A stretch of 37,757 nucleotides of DNA from Candidatus Cryptobacteroides sp. (GTDB lineage: Bacteria; Bacteroidota; Bacteroidia; Bacteroidales; UBA932), in assembly GCA_051889815.1 (NCBI GenBank), contig JBJFDD010000040.1:1-37757 (forward strand), read 5' to 3'. The position numbers and the translations under genes were made by a program. The notes under the pieces were generated by a model that was not told the origin of the DNA, made no database searches, and worked only from the letters and a program-made list of their open reading frames with translations. This document shows positions 18,092-27,437 of the stretch, one piece after another; the first letter of the stretch is position 1, and each line of letters opens with the position of its first letter.

Positions 18092-20629
18092 GGTCCAGGA
18101 GCAGGCGGCAGATGCCGTCCTGCCCTTCGAATAGATTTCCGGACAGAACTTCATCACAAGTTCGTGGTTTCCCTGCGGCAGCAGGACGCCACGAAGAATC
18201 CAGTCGCATCTGAATATCTCCACAGGCTCACCGTCAACTTCAGCGACCCAACCTTCCGGATAATAGACTTCACTGAAGACAGCCGGCCGGTCCATGCAGG
18301 CGGTGTACCGGTAATGCAGTTCCCCGGGAGCATAGGAGGTCATTTCAATGGCATCATCGGCATCCGGAACTGCCCCGCTGACAGCATCGGCAACAGCCTG
18401 TCGGCACTCCGCAAAATCATCGCCTATCACCGCCACATTCCGCAGGTTGACCTCACCGATTGAGGCGATTTCCTCATCCGGACTGGAAGCCGGATGGACG
18501 GAGTCCACGAACCATGCATTGCCGAGAGCATTGCGGTTCTCAAGAGGAACCGCATCACTGTTGAAGATGAAGTATTTGCAGTTGAGAGCAGAAAGAATCT
18601 CATTCGAAGGCATCTTGCCCAAGGCTTCAAGGATGGTGGAACTTGTGCTGATCGAATCGATGGTCTCGCTCAGTTCCGATGTCAGGTAGCGGTCGATAAG
18701 ATCCTGGTAGCGCTGCAGTTTTGCCGGGCTGTAACCACCGATGTTCTTGTGGTAGTAGCCGTTGAAAGGATCGTTGAAAGGGCTGGTGGTGAGATCGACC
18801 ACCCTGAAGGACAGAGTCGAATCGGACAGGATCATCTCATCCACAGGCCGCTTCCTGAATGAATTGGAGAAGGCCCGGGCGCTCACGAAGTCCTCCTTTC
18901 CAAGATACCTGTGCCCGACAGAAAAGAGATCGACAAGGATGAGGATGGCAATTCCGACAACAGCCTCAATCCTTCTTGCCTTGCCGACCGAAGGATCGGT
19001 TCCGTAGGTCTCAGAAGCATTCTTCGGCACTGAATATGCCCACATCAGAAGCAGGAAGGCAGCCAGGATGAGAAGCAGGGACCTCAACGCATCGGAGCGC
19101 AGGACACCAATCCTGTCGGCGGCCAGGGCATCGCGGAGCGGCTCCGGCATCTGCGAATCAATAGGAGAGACGAAACTGCCTGCAACAGAAGGAACGAGGC
19201 AGACCAGAAGACAGAAGCCGGCTGTCAGCACTAATGCGGCAGAACCGCCCTTGAGAAACTTCTTCTTCGGACAACCGGCCTTCAGAATCCTGTCGAGAGC
19301 AAGGAAACCGAGCATCGGAAGAGTGAACTGCAGGAGCACGAGAGCCATCGAGACTGTCCTGAACTTGTTGTACATCGGCACATAGTTGAAGAACAACTCC
19401 GTCAGCCACATGAAATTCCTTCCCAGGCCCAGGCCCACGGCAAGAAGGGTCGCAACCAGCAGCCACCATTTCTCCTTTCCGTCATAGATGAACAGACCGA
19501 GGAGGAAGAGGAAGACGGTGATTGCTCCCATGTACATCGGGCCGGCGGTGAAAGGCTGCGAGCCCCAGTACAGCGGAAGGGCATCAGCCATCGACTCGGC
19601 GTTCGGCATGCCATATTCCTTGCAGACAGCTACTACAGCGGACCTGTCAGGATTGACCTGCGCTTCGGAAGCACCGCCGTTGTAGTTGGGTATCATAAGG
19701 TTAGGAAGCTCTTCCCAGCCGTAGGACCAGGCAGTGGCATAGTCGAGCTGGAGACCCTTGTCATTGACCTCCGAACCCTCACTGGCAGAAGAGAGTTCGG
19801 AACCACCGCGCATCGTGTACTGGGTATATTCGTAAAGCGGAGCCAGTTTGATGGCATTCGTGCCGATTCCAATAAGCCCCATCACCAGAAGAAGCGCTGA
19901 AGCAGCGAAGAACCTGCCTGTCTTCCTGCGCCTTTCGGCAGAGGAGACCAGCCAGATGAAGAAGGTCAGCACGTAGAAGGCAATGAGGATTGCCAGGTAA
20001 TAGGTGATCTGCTGATGGTTGGCCTTGACCTGCATACTCATCGCAAGACCGAACAGGGCGCTTCCCAGCACGGTGAGCGGAAGCCAGGTCTTCCATCCTT
20101 TCCCTTTCCGGAGGATGGACCTGTAGGTGAAAACCACGGCGGCCATCACCCACGGCAGGAAGGCCAGAGCCTGCATCTTGGTGTTGTGCCCCACCTGGAT
20201 GATCTGGATGTTGTAGGAGCAGAAAGTCATCGCCACGGCACCGGCGACGGCCACAATCGTGTCCAACCCAAGCGACAGCAGGAGCAGGAAGGCTCCCAGA
20301 AGGGAGATGAACAGATAGGATGCCGGACGCTTGCCCTTCAGGAGCAATGAATATATTCCCTGCGTCATGTCCCCTTCATGCGAAGCCTGGAATGACGTGG
20401 TCGGCATGCCTCCGAACATTGCATCGGTCCAATGGGTTTCCTCGCCCTTGTGGGCAGCATTCCATTCGGTCGTCTGGTGCGACATGCTCATGTAGCCTGT
20501 GATGTCGGACTGGTTCACCACCTTCCCGGCCAGCACCTGAGGGACAAATGAATATGCTATCGTGAGGAACAGTAGCACAATACCGACGGCAATGCCCGCT
20601 TTCTTCAATATCTTCTTTTTCATCTGCAT
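18029..20629 (-). CDS. YfhO-family polytopic membrane protein (GT-C-like glycosyltransferase)
   Basis: Many hydrophobic segments; motifs W..MFGGMP, NHQQITYY, YWGSQPFTAGPMYMG, GGYSPAKLQRYQDLI and FSEVYYPEGW. Confidence 0.88.
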   Translation of the reverse strand: MQMKKKILKKAGIAVGIVLLFLTIAYSFVPQVLAGKVVNQSDITGYMSMSHQTTEWNAAHKGEETHWTDAMFGGMPTTSFQASHEGDMTQGIYSLLLKGKRPASYLFISLLGAFLLLLSLGLDTIVAVAGAVAMTFCSYNIQIIQVGHNTKMQALAFLPWVMAAVVFTYRSILRKGKGWKTWLPLTVLGSALFGLAMSMQVKANHQQITYYLAILIAFYVLTFFIWLVSSAERRRKTGRFFAASALLLVMGLIGIGTNAIKLAPLYEYTQYTMRGGSELSSASEGSEVNDKGLQLDYATAWSYGWEELPNLMIPNYNGGASEAQVNPDRSAVVAVCKEYGMPNAESMADALPLYWGSQPFTAGPMYMGAITVFLFLLGLFIYDGKEKWWLLVATLLAVGLGLGRNFMWLTELFFNYVPMYNKFRTVSMALVLLQFTLPMLGFLALDRILKAGCPKKKFLKGGSAALVLTAGFCLLVCLVPSVAGSFVSPIDSQMPEPLRDALAADRIGVLRSDALRSLLLILAAFLLLMWAYSVPKNASETYGTDPSVGKARRIEAVVGIAILILVDLFSVGHRYLGKEDFVSARAFSNSFRKRPVDEMILSDSTLSFRVVDLTTSPFNDPFNGYYHKNIGGYSPAKLQRYQDLIDRYLTSELSETIDSISTSSTILEALGKMPSNEILSALNCKYFIFNSDAVPLENRNALGNAWFVDSVHPASSPDEEIASIGEVNLRNVAVIGDDFAECRQAVADAVSGAVPDADDAIEMTSYAPGELHYRYTACMDRPAVFSEVYYPEGWVAEVDGEPVEIFRCDWILRGVLLPQGNHELVMKFCPEIYSKGRTASAACSWTLLILALLSVAGTFAFAPRRS

Positions 20630-21963
20630 TATTTCTTTTCGGAAGTAATTTCTTCAAGCAGAGCGGCATAGCGATGTGTCAGATGCGCTCTGGAATATTC
20701 GTTGATGTCTGAATAATTGTCCTGGATTTCACCTGCCCGGAAATCATCCCAGTAACAGTCTATACAGGTCCGTATCTGCCTCTCCTGGTTCCAGTCATAG
20801 ACCACTCCGGAACCGGTGCGGCTGATGACACCGGCCATCGCCCCGTCAGTCTGGCCGATGCCGAGAATCGGACGGCGGGAAGCAAGGTACTCGAACAGCT
20901 TGCCAGGAAGGACGGCACGGTACTCGGGTTCCTTGCGCAGCGGGAGAATCAGCAAAGTGGCATTTTTCTGCTCGGTGACTGCAGTCTTGTGGTCCCTGTA
21001 GCCGAGATTCACCAGATTGTCCTCAAGCCCGGCCTTGCGGATTGATTCAAGTATCTCCCTGTCGGTCTTTCCCGCGAGCCTCAGCCTGAGGGCCTCCTTG
21101 AATGAAGGATCCTCCGAGCATTTGGCGGCAAGCACCTTCCAGAGAGTCTGCGGGTTGCCGTCCGAGGCGAACAGGCCGGTGTGGGTAATGTTGAAATAGC
21201 CGTCAGGCACAACCTCTCCCCTGAAATCGGATTCATCGAAACCATTGGTGATCAGTTCGACAGGAGTCGAGGTGACCTTCTCGAAATCTTCCTTGACCAT
21301 GGGCGAGACGGCAACTATCCTGGTCGCATTGTCAAGGACCTCCTGCTCCAGGGCACGATGCTTCTTTTCCGCCCAGGAGCTAAGTCCCAGATGCTTGAAA
21401 TAGAACATCTTTGTCCATGGATCCCGGAAATCGGCGACCCACGGAAGACCGGTTTCCCGGGATAGTTTAAGACCGATCAGGTGCATCGACTGCGGAGGAC
21501 CGGTAGTCACGATGGCATCGACAGGATGCTCCCTGAGGTATTTCTTGAGGAATCTGACCGATGGTCCGACCCACATCACCCTCGGGTCCGGGATGAAGAA
21601 ATTGCCCCGGATGAAAAGCGACAGCTTCTGCTTGAAGGACTTCTGCTGGCCATTGATAGGGTTGACCTCCCCGTCGGAGGAATTGGCATCGGTGAGAGTC
21701 TTCAGGTCGGTGGTACTGTCCTTGCCCATCAGCAGGCGGTAGGCATTGTAAGGCTCGATGATTCTGGTCTTCACAATCTCCGCCTCTGGAGGAATCTCCG
21801 AGCCGAGGGTCTTGTCCACCGCTGTCAGTTCCGGATTCTCCGGGGTGTAGATGACAGGCTGCCAGCCTTCAGAGGGCAGGTACTTTGCGAACTTCACCCA
21901 CCGCTGCACTCCGGAACCGCCGGAAGGCGGCCAGTAATAAGTTATGACAAGGACTCTTTTCAT
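20629..21963 (-). CDS. GT-B fold (GT4-like) glycosyltransferase
   Basis: Motifs VLVITYYWPPSGGSGVQRW, WVADFRDPW and PGKLFEYL. Confidence 0.9.
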   Translation of the reverse strand: MKRVLVITYYWPPSGGSGVQRWVKFAKYLPSEGWQPVIYTPENPELTAVDKTLGSEIPPEAEIVKTRIIEPYNAYRLLMGKDSTTDLKTLTDANSSDGEVNPINGQQKSFKQKLSLFIRGNFFIPDPRVMWVGPSVRFLKKYLREHPVDAIVTTGPPQSMHLIGLKLSRETGLPWVADFRDPWTKMFYFKHLGLSSWAEKKHRALEQEVLDNATRIVAVSPMVKEDFEKVTSTPVELITNGFDESDFRGEVVPDGYFNITHTGLFASDGNPQTLWKVLAAKCSEDPSFKEALRLRLAGKTDREILESIRKAGLEDNLVNLGYRDHKTAVTEQKNATLLILPLRKEPEYRAVLPGKLFEYLASRRPILGIGQTDGAMAGVISRTGSGVVYDWNQERQIRTCIDCYWDDFRAGEIQDNYSDINEYSRAHLTHRYAALLEEITSEKK

Positions 21964-23903
21964 CGGACTATCAATTCGTCAAAGAACAGGAACCCGCCCT
22001 TCGGACAGCGTTTGGCATCGACAACAATGTACCTGACAGGAGTCGGTTCACCACCCGAGATGCTGAAATTGAAGAACCTGGCACCGAGTGCCTCAGTGTC
22101 GGCCTGCGGACGGAGCACCCCGATAGGTTCGAATTCCGACCCGTCATAGGAAAGGGAGATGGACAGGGACTCGGGGAGATAGATGCCGTGGACCCTGTTC
22201 TGCATCGACATCAGGGAAATGCTGCTGATAGGCTTGGGCTCCCCAAGGTCAACCATGAAACAGACATCGCACAGGAAACCCTGCCACTTGCCGTCCTTGT
22301 AGGTCCAGCCGCCGCAGAGACCGTCCGTAAGGGCATCCTCGCCTCCGGCAGCATAGGAGCCCGACCACTTTACTCCGTCGGCGAAGTAGACCTTCGCACC
22401 CTTGGCGATGTGGTCCTGGGGCTCAAGGGCTTCCATCCTCTCACCAAGTTCGGACTCGAGATCGAACATTCCGTAACCCCGGCCGGCCATCACCTTCCCG
22501 AAAGCGGCAGCCCTTCTTCTGAAATCATCCCTGTCCTTTACTTCCGGCCGGGACCATGCCACCTCGGCAAGAGCGAAGCCGCGAGGCCACAGAAGGTACT
22601 CCGCATAGTCGTCTGAATCGACAAGCTCGGTCCAGAGATTGGCCTGGACTCCCAGGACCATCGACGGATCGGAGGCACCGGCAGCCGGGTCGAATGAATA
22701 GACCTGGTTGACAGGGAGGTAATTGCCGAAAGTCGGCCTTTCCTTCTCCGGAAAATCCTGGGCCGTGTCGAAATAGCAGTGGGTGCCCGGAGCCATTATC
22801 ACTTTCCGCCCTGCCTCGGCTGCTTTCAGGCCGGGTTCCACACCCCGCCAGGACATGATCACGGAATCGGAGGAAAGATTGTCCCCGAGAACCTCATCCC
22901 AGCCGATGACCTTGCGGCCTTTCGACAGCAGGTAGTCCTCAACCCTGCGGATGAGATAGCCCTGAAGGTCCTTGGGGCTCTCGAGTCCCTCTTCCTCCAT
23001 TCGCCTTCTGCAGTCTGGACAGTCTGCCCAGCTCTTGTGGGTAACTTCGTCGCCGCCGATGTGGATGTACTCCGACGGGAAAAGTTCCATCACCTCGTCG
23101 AGGACGGCAAAGAGCAGGCTGAAAGTCTCTTCCTTGCCGGGGCAGAGGTCGCCTCCGCTGGTGGAGCCCCCGCATCTGAGTTCCGGATAGGCTGCGAGGA
23201 CCTCGGCGCTATGGCCGGGCATCTCGATTTCCGGGATGACGGTTATGTGTCTTGCTCCGGCATATTCAACGATCGCCCTGATGTCGTCCTTGGTGAAGAA
23301 ACCGCCGTAGGCGCCCTCAGTGCCGGGTTCGCAATGCTTCCAAGGGCCGAAAACTGCTTCCGTGTCCCTGTAGGCACCCTTGCGGCAGAGTTCCGGAAAA
23401 GATTGCGAAGGGAAGCGCCAGCCTTCAGAGTCAGTCAGGTGCAGATGCAGGCGGTTGAGCTTGAGGGATGCCATCGCATCAAGCTGTCTGAATATGAATT
23501 CTTTCCCGAAAAAGTGGCGGGAAACATCGATCATGATGCCCCTGTAGGGAAAGCGCGGAGAGTCCTCGACCTTGCAGAAGCCGATTTTCCAGAAGCTGCG
23601 GTCCAGTTTCGCCTCGGTCACTCCGGCTGCCATTGCCAGGGTCTGGCGGGCATAGTAGCGGCCGGCTGGACCCGAACTGGCAATCTGCACCCCTTGCGGA
23701 CCGACTTCCAGACGGTAGGCTTCAGGGCCGAGTGAGGAATCTTCGCTGTAGGTGATGCCCGACCAGGGCTTGTGGCTGTAGGCCCCTTCAGAAAGTTCAA
23801 CTGAAAGAGGAGCTGGAATCACGTCGGCGACTGTCCCTTCCTCCACCGAACAGGAGCTCAGGAGGGAGGCTGCGAATATGCTAATGAAAACTGTCTTTTT
23901 CAT
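21960..23903 (-). CDS. GH20 beta-N-acetylhexosaminidase lipoprotein with C-terminal F5/8 (CBM32-like) domain
   Basis: Lipobox LLSS-C; motifs RGIMIDVSRHF, HLHLTD, PEIEMPGH, catalytic HIGGDE and LWTE. Confidence 0.94.
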   Translation of the reverse strand: MKKTVFISIFAASLLSSCSVEEGTVADVIPAPLSVELSEGAYSHKPWSGITYSEDSSLGPEAYRLEVGPQGVQIASSGPAGRYYARQTLAMAAGVTEAKLDRSFWKIGFCKVEDSPRFPYRGIMIDVSRHFFGKEFIFRQLDAMASLKLNRLHLHLTDSEGWRFPSQSFPELCRKGAYRDTEAVFGPWKHCEPGTEGAYGGFFTKDDIRAIVEYAGARHITVIPEIEMPGHSAEVLAAYPELRCGGSTSGGDLCPGKEETFSLLFAVLDEVMELFPSEYIHIGGDEVTHKSWADCPDCRRRMEEEGLESPKDLQGYLIRRVEDYLLSKGRKVIGWDEVLGDNLSSDSVIMSWRGVEPGLKAAEAGRKVIMAPGTHCYFDTAQDFPEKERPTFGNYLPVNQVYSFDPAAGASDPSMVLGVQANLWTELVDSDDYAEYLLWPRGFALAEVAWSRPEVKDRDDFRRRAAAFGKVMAGRGYGMFDLESELGERMEALEPQDHIAKGAKVYFADGVKWSGSYAAGGEDALTDGLCGGWTYKDGKWQGFLCDVCFMVDLGEPKPISSISLMSMQNRVHGIYLPESLSISLSYDGSEFEPIGVLRPQADTEALGARFFNFSISGGEPTPVRYIVVDAKRCPKGGFLFFDELIVR

Positions 23904-23921
23904 CTTGATTGAATTGAATCA

Positions 23922-23929
23922 CAAAGTTA
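23922..23929 (-). promoter_or_regulatory. -7 promoter box for GH20-GT4-yfhO
   Basis: TAACTTTG on the minus strand, 18 bp upstream of ATG 23903. Confidence 0.55.
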
Positions 23930-23944
23930 CTCATCCTCGGACAC

Positions 23945-24676
23945 CTATGCAAGAATGGCGAGAAGACCGCTCACCGCCATGTAGGCATAGATAATCTTGC
24001 GCAGGGACGGAAGGGTGATCCTACGGAAGACCTTGGCACCCACCCATATTCCCAGAAAGACAGCGACTATCCCCCAGAGCCAGCAAAGTCCCACTGTCCG
24101 GGTGACGAAGCCGTTGCCCGCACGGAAAAGGGTCATCATCGAGTTGCCGATGAAGAAGAAGGCCTGGGTGATTGCCAGATATTCTTCCTTGGAATCGGTG
24201 CAGGCGATGAAATACAGGACAGCCGGAGGGCCCTGCATCGCGAAAAAGCCTCCCATCAGGCCGGAGGCGGTACCCATCGAGAGCTGCACGGCCATCGTCG
24301 GCTTCAGATGGATCCTCTCGCTGATGAAGAAGAAATAGATGCTGACGAAGATCAGGATGCCTCCCAGCACATGCTTGAGCACCCTGCCGTCCATCCCCGC
24401 AACCATCCGGATGGCGAAGAAAGAGACGACGATGAATGTCAAAAGAATCGGAACCAGCTTCTTCCAGGGAATATGCTTCCACATCCTGATGCAGATGTAC
24501 AGGGAGTTGACAAGGGCAAGAAGCCCGGAAAGAGCCGTAGCTTCGCCGTAGGACGGCATGACCAGGGGCAGAATGGTCATCATGAATATCCCGAAGCCGA
24601 AACCGCTCACCCGCTGGATGAAGCTGGCCACGAAGCTTGACGCGAAGATTATTGCTATGAAAGTGTGCTGGTCCAT
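23945..24676 (-). CDS. TauE/SafE (TSUP) family membrane exporter
   Basis: About 8 transmembrane helices with two repeats (QRVSGFGFG and GLMGGFFAMQGPP). Start is ATG 24676, or TTG 24700 overlapping the upstream stop. Confidence 0.85.
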   Translation of the reverse strand: MDQHTFIAIIFASSFVASFIQRVSGFGFGIFMMTILPLVMPSYGEATALSGLLALVNSLYICIRMWKHIPWKKLVPILLTFIVVSFFAIRMVAGMDGRVLKHVLGGILIFVSIYFFFISERIHLKPTMAVQLSMGTASGLMGGFFAMQGPPAVLYFIACTDSKEEYLAITQAFFFIGNSMMTLFRAGNGFVTRTVGLCWLWGIVAVFLGIWVGAKVFRRITLPSLRKIIYAYMAVSGLLAILA

Positions 24677-24696
24677 CTGCGGCTGAAACAGGGATG

Positions 24697-27363
24697 TCAA
24701 TCGGATGAAGACCGGAAATCGTAGGAGCCGGACACGAGTTCCATCGTGCGCTCCCTGCCATCAGGAGTGAACCTTCCCGGAATCGTTGCAGCTGCAGTAG
24801 TGTTGGCCGGGATTTCCACATGCCAGAGGAATTCTCCATCCTCAACCTTCCAGCTGCTCACAATCCTTCCGTAAGGCGAATCGTAGGATGCATCGACATT
24901 GGAGAGCTGTTTCGGAGGACAAGGCTTCAGTTCGATTCTCCGGAAGGCCCCGCCACCGTTGCGGATGCCCGCAAGATACTCGTACATCCAGATTATGCAG
25001 TCTCCGGTCAGCATCAGGTGGTTCAGGGAATTCATCGCCGGATCTGCAGTGTCGCCGTTCCAGAGTTCCCAGATAGTGGTCGCCCCGCGGCGGAACATGT
25101 AGCCGTAGGACGGATAGGTGTCGTTGGAGGCGATGGTGCAGGCGAGATCGACGTTGCCATATTCAGAAAGACCGCGGAAAAGGTGCTGCACGCCCATCAG
25201 GCCCACACTGATGTGGCTGTTCCACTCGTTTACTGTCTTGTCCACGATGTTGTCCATCACTCCCTGTTCGTATCCTTCCGGGACGAGACCCAGGCAGAGG
25301 GACATGATGTTGGCGGTGACGGTGTTGTTGGCATAGCAGGAGTTCTCCCTGTCGAAGAAGCGGCGGTTGTAGGCTTCCTTGAGAGCGAGGGCCGCTTCAG
25401 AATATTCCTTTACATCTTCCGGATGTCCTGCTACGACCGCAAAGTCCTGCATTTTCCCGAGGATGTCGTACATCACCGAGGTGCCGAGAAGGTCTCCGTC
25501 GGTCTTGCGGGTCGGATCGTTGGAGTGGATGAGTTCGAGGGACTCGGGCGGAAGGCACCAGTCCCCGTAGATGTCGCCGGTGACTATGCCGTCCACGACC
25601 TTCCTGCCGAGGATGAATCCCACCCATTTCTTCATCGCATCATAGCGGTACCTGACCACCTGCTCGTTGCCGAACTGCCTCCAGAGCATGTCAACCGCCC
25701 CGAACAGGGCTGCAGGCCAGGTCACGTCTTCGTTCCAGAGAGTCCAGTAGCGAGGGCTCACGTCGGAGATGCAGCCGTCCTCCCTCATCGATTCCTGGAT
25801 GTCAAGGGACCATTTGCGGTAGAGGTTTTCAACGTCGAAGATGAAGGCCTCGCCGTAGCATCCGGTGGCGCGGTCGCCCAGCCAGCCCATCCTCTCGTCC
25901 CTCTGCGGGCAGTCGGTCGGCATTCCGCGGTAGTTTCCGCGGAGTCCCCAGGCGGTATTACCATGCATCATGTTGAGGATCTCGTCTGAGCAGGAGAAGG
26001 TCCCGGTAGGCTTCATCTCGTCGTAGGCGACAACTCCTGCAAAATCCCTTGTTGAGGGCATCGTCGAGAGATCCGCTCCGCTGATTTCGGCATAGCGGAA
26101 TCCGTGGATCACGAACTGGGGCTCCCATTCGAACCAGCCGTCAGAGGCCGGAGTGTAGGTATCCATGCAGCGGGCCAGCCTGAGATTGGCTACATAAAGC
26201 TGCTCGGGATCGTCGCTGCGGAGAATCTCTGAATATTTCACGGTCACCCTTTCGCCTTTGCGGCCCTTGAGATGAACCCTCAGCCAGCCTGCGACGTTCT
26301 GCCCCAGATCGACGATTATCCTGCCGTCGGCAGTCCTGCGGACCTCCTTCGGGACAATCTCGTCCTGAACAACCATGCTCGGTGCGAACTGTGCGCGCAT
26401 CTTTCCTTTCGGGGCAGGCATAAGGACGGCAGGGCGCCATGTTCCCGAACATGAATATCCCGCCTTTGTCCAGTCGCCCAGTTCGAGGGAGGCATCGTAG
26501 TGCTCGCCGTCATATTCATTGTTCCTTGTGACAGGGCCGTTGTCCGTGGCCATCCAGCCGGTGTCGCTGACTATTGTCTCCTCGCGGCCGTCTTCGTAGC
26601 GCACCAGAAGCTTCGCGAGGAGGCAGGGGTAGCCGAAACGGAGGGTGTTCATCCCGTAGTCGTCGCCGTTGCGGGTTCCGAAGTAGCGGCCGTTGCCCAG
26701 GGCGGCTCCGATGGCATTGTCCCCGGCCTTGAGGAGTCCGGTGACATCATACATCAGGTACGGGACACTGACATCGTAGAGTGTCGGCAGGGGTCCGAAG
26801 ACGTCATCCCCGACCCTCTTGCCGTTGATGTAGCAATAGGAATTGCCCAGGCCGCTGACGTACAGGGTCGCGGATTTGACTCCGCTCCCGAGGATTAATT
26901 CCCTCCTGAGGTACCTGGCCGGAAGGTCGTACTGGGATTCCTCGTCGGAAATGGTCTTGCCATCTCCCGGCAGGCCGATCCATTCGGCTCCGCTCCACTG
27001 TCCTTCGTCGAGGGGATTGATCCAGCCGGTTGTCGGGCTTGTGGATGCTGCTTTGTCCTTATTGTTCCAGACGGTCACATTCCAGGAGTATTTCTCCCCA
27101 CCCTTCAGCGCCGGTCCTTCGTAGGGTATGTGTACGGACAGGGGGGAAGCGACCCTGCCGCTGTTCCAGATCTCTTTCCCATCGGCATCCATGACCCTGA
27201 CAAGGTAGGCCTCCTGGGTGATGCCCGGACGCCTGTCATCCATTTTCCAGCAGAAAGATGCTTCTCCCGGGTTCTCCCCGAGCATCACTTTCGGATCGAC
27301 GACTCTGGCGGAGGTGCCCAGGGCGCCAAGACATATAAGGAATATTGCTGCAAAAAGTCTCAT
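24697..27363 (-). CDS. GH78 alpha-L-rhamnosidase family protein, secreted
   Basis: Signal peptide; motifs HGFRYAE, PTDCPQRDERMGWLGD, GATTIWELW and MNSLNH. Confidence 0.93.
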   Translation of the reverse strand: MRLFAAIFLICLGALGTSARVVDPKVMLGENPGEASFCWKMDDRRPGITQEAYLVRVMDADGKEIWNSGRVASPLSVHIPYEGPALKGGEKYSWNVTVWNNKDKAASTSPTTGWINPLDEGQWSGAEWIGLPGDGKTISDEESQYDLPARYLRRELILGSGVKSATLYVSGLGNSYCYINGKRVGDDVFGPLPTLYDVSVPYLMYDVTGLLKAGDNAIGAALGNGRYFGTRNGDDYGMNTLRFGYPCLLAKLLVRYEDGREETIVSDTGWMATDNGPVTRNNEYDGEHYDASLELGDWTKAGYSCSGTWRPAVLMPAPKGKMRAQFAPSMVVQDEIVPKEVRRTADGRIIVDLGQNVAGWLRVHLKGRKGERVTVKYSEILRSDDPEQLYVANLRLARCMDTYTPASDGWFEWEPQFVIHGFRYAEISGADLSTMPSTRDFAGVVAYDEMKPTGTFSCSDEILNMMHGNTAWGLRGNYRGMPTDCPQRDERMGWLGDRATGCYGEAFIFDVENLYRKWSLDIQESMREDGCISDVSPRYWTLWNEDVTWPAALFGAVDMLWRQFGNEQVVRYRYDAMKKWVGFILGRKVVDGIVTGDIYGDWCLPPESLELIHSNDPTRKTDGDLLGTSVMYDILGKMQDFAVVAGHPEDVKEYSEAALALKEAYNRRFFDRENSCYANNTVTANIMSLCLGLVPEGYEQGVMDNIVDKTVNEWNSHISVGLMGVQHLFRGLSEYGNVDLACTIASNDTYPSYGYMFRRGATTIWELWNGDTADPAMNSLNHLMLTGDCIIWMYEYLAGIRNGGGAFRRIELKPCPPKQLSNVDASYDSPYGRIVSSWKVEDGEFLWHVEIPANTTAAATIPGRFTPDGRERTMELVSGSYDFRSSSD

Positions 27364-27379
27364 ATTTCAAGTTTTGTCG

Positions 27380-27395
27380 TATCTTTGACAAGATA
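27380..27395. promoter_or_regulatory. Palindromic site containing the -7 box in the divergent GH78/isomerase spacer
   Basis: TATCTT-TGAC-AAGATA; the plus strand reads TATCTTTG and the minus strand reads TATCTTG. Confidence 0.5.
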
Positions 27396-27437
27396 GTGCG
27401 AATTATCCTAAATTCCGAACAATTAACACCACTGAAT

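Noticed and set aside
27345-27437. N-terminal extension of the isomerase ORF
   Set aside because: It overlaps the divergent GH78 start and the promoter; the signal peptide begins at ATG 27438.
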